From: Tubiluchus corallicola
Lineage: Eukaryota > Animalia > Priapulida
Assembly (NCBI GenBank): GCA_030141605.1
Contig: JAQGDQ010000170.1
Span: 310,001-374,000, forward strand
DNA: 64,000 nt
Direction of reading: 5' to 3'
In this document: one piece after another, positions 62,001 through 64,000 of the stretch
Layout of the letters: each line of letters starts with the position of its first letter
How positions within the stretch are numbered: the first letter of the stretch is position 1
Made by a program: the position numbers and the translations under genes
Notes under the pieces: generated by a model
Databases searched by the model: none
Seen by the model: the letters and a program-made list of their open reading frames with translations, nothing else
What the model was told of the DNA's origin: nothing

Positions 62001-63138
62001 TTATACTTATACTTTACTTATACTTATACTTATACTTATACTTATACTTATACTTATACTTATACTTATACTTATACTTATACTTATACTTATACTTATG
62101 CTTATACTTACTTATACTTATACTTATACTTATACTTATACATACTTATACTTATACTTATACTTATACTTATACATACTTACACTTATACTTATACTTA
62201 TACTTATGCTTATACATACTTATACTTATACTTATACTTATACTTATACTTATACTTATACTTATACTTATACTTATACTTATACTTATACTTATACTTA
62301 TACTTATACTTAACTAAAATTAGAAGAATTATGCAGACTTCGTGCAAATTACAAGCCATTTATGTCCTCAAAATGTTTACTAGTGCTAACCAACTGCATT
62401 AGCTAAGGACATATAATTAAAAAACAAACAAATTGAAAAATCAAGCAGAAATTACTACAGTCAGGAAAACTTTTCAATGGCCTTTAATTTGTTTTTATTA
62501 ATGAAACCAAATTTAGTGCCTTTTTCAAATCAAAGACATCCGTTAGAATTTAAATTTAAACAAATACTTTTATAATCAAGTAAGCTTATGATATTAATTA
62601 AATTGCGGTTGTTACTTAACTGTGCCTTAGGGGCAAAGACACTGAAATTGCAAGCATTTTTACATTCAATGCACAAACTACGCCCTGCGGCTAAAAAACT
62701 TGAGCAGCTTTTGATTTTGCACTAACAGAAATCAGTGAAACACAAAACAAAGGTGCAAAGCTTAATGATTTATAGAGAATCTAAATCTAGCCCGAATCCA
62801 AGAAAAGTTTTTGAGTTCCAGAGTTTTAAATCACCATCATTTTCACCTCCCACCACCATCAGCAGTGCAGCGATGGTGGCAATGGTAGAAGTAACAAAAG
62901 TAGCAACAATAGCGGTAGCAGTGTTCTGAAGAGTGGCATAAGCAATGACAACATCGTCAACGAGAACGACGGCAACGGCAACAACAACGACAAGAACAAC
63001 TATACTAACAATGGCTCATCACAGTCAAATCTGTTAGTAATTGGCATGATTTTAAATACCGAATAAAGGCTGCTGTTTTGACAATAAGTTAATTAGAAAC
63101 AATGCAATTTCTCTTACGGATGCAAAAAATACCAACAT
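56047..63138 (-). CDS. Chaoptin-like extracellular LRR protein with LRRCT, mucin-like PTS stalk, FN3 domain and C-terminal hydrophobic segment (~1414 aa, 5 exons)
   Basis: Exons 63138-63118 (MLVFFAS, tentative), 61977-59479, 58891-58648, 57899-57816 and 57443-56047; phases 0,0,1,1. Signal peptide, Cys cap, ~30-33 LxxLxLxxN repeats, NPWFCDC...CSAP...C (LRRCT), T/P-rich stalk, ITVGW...GFRVY...LKPGTNYTICV (FN3) and IAFSSAALAGGACVLYAF. Confidence 0.9.
56860..57245 (-). repeat. Coding tandem repeats of the mucin stalk (TTTQ[AP]PTT units)
   Basis: Recurrent GGTTGTTGGTGCTTGTGTGGTAGTG and GGCTGTTGTGTGGTAGTTG blocks on the + strand. Confidence 0.85.
61998..62311. repeat. (TATACT)n hexanucleotide repeat in LRR gene intron 1
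   Basis: Direct reading; roughly 50 units with a few interruptions. Confidence 0.95.
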
Positions 63139-64000
63139 TTTACGTTATAGTTGAGTTATGGTTTATTGCTAGCAAATTTACAGCATAAAGTCGTGCATAA
63201 AGTTATAAAATGGCTGGTACTAAAAATAAGACATCGAACTAGCAATCGTAATGGCGCTGCTTCATCAAAATCACGAATTAAATGTTTAAAAGTACAAAAT
63301 ATATAAACAATACAAACAGGGAGTAATAGAATGCAAACGCAAGTAACGAGAAATCACAATTTACGAAGAAAAAGTTTATTGAAGATCGTACTAGCAACAC
63401 GGCACAAAACGTTTTTTATCCGCTCTGTTGATACGGTGGAAACAAAAGTGTGCGAGTTGGTACTGACAAAATACTGAAGTTCTAAAAATGGGTTACTAAA
63501 ACGGGCGTGCGGCAAAAGATGAGAAGAGTGAAAAGATCAAGGTCGTCAAGCAACATGTATGGTTTTTCTCGTTGACAAGGAAATAAGGAATGCCGTCGGT
63601 CAAGATTATTAGTTTTCAGCAGCTGTTGGGCTTTTTATTGCCCTTAATAGATATTTTATCTCGTCCCGCCTACAGCACATACAACCGTAACCTTTAATTT
63701 GATTACGATTTTCTGTGATATAGCTCACTTGAATGCATTAACAGTTAACTTCGGCGTGCTTTGATAATTAGTTAATGTAAGGCGTGAAATAAGCAACCTT
63801 GTCCAAACCACGGTTGAGGACGTTAACATGGTTTTGCAAAGAAAAATTTCAAAAACGTAGGAAACGCGATGGTAAATGAGTAAATTCATTACAAAGCAAA
63901 AACATCATGTGCGAACCTAGAATGAACTTAACTATGGTTGTTATAGACTTCTACTACATAGTAACTATGCAGGAATTAATTATCAGGTTATTGCTTTTGC

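Overview
AT-rich, intron-containing eukaryotic (invertebrate metazoan) genomic DNA. It is not prokaryotic, and most short ORFs in the supplied track are artefacts. Reading splice sites by hand gives six protein-coding genes, all on the minus strand. (1) The 5' part of a lethal(2) giant larvae (Lgl/LLGL) gene: four coding exons, absent from the ORF track, including a 5.9-kb U12-type minor intron. (2,3) Two tandem secreted single-domain pentraxin paralogues, both 264 aa with identical exon phases and a non-canonical cysteine pattern. (4) A secreted pro-protein with a furin-type site and three 8-cysteine CBM14/peritrophin-A-like domains. (5) A 9-exon SLC17/sialin-like MFS transporter lacking the TM4 glutamates. 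(6) A ~1414-aa chaoptin-like LRR + mucin + FN3 membrane protein. Introns and intergenic DNA hold microsatellites, MITE/foldback elements, LINE remnants and an RTE fragment with a 13-bp TSD nested inside a hAT-like element. All gene models are manual and unverified by transcripts.
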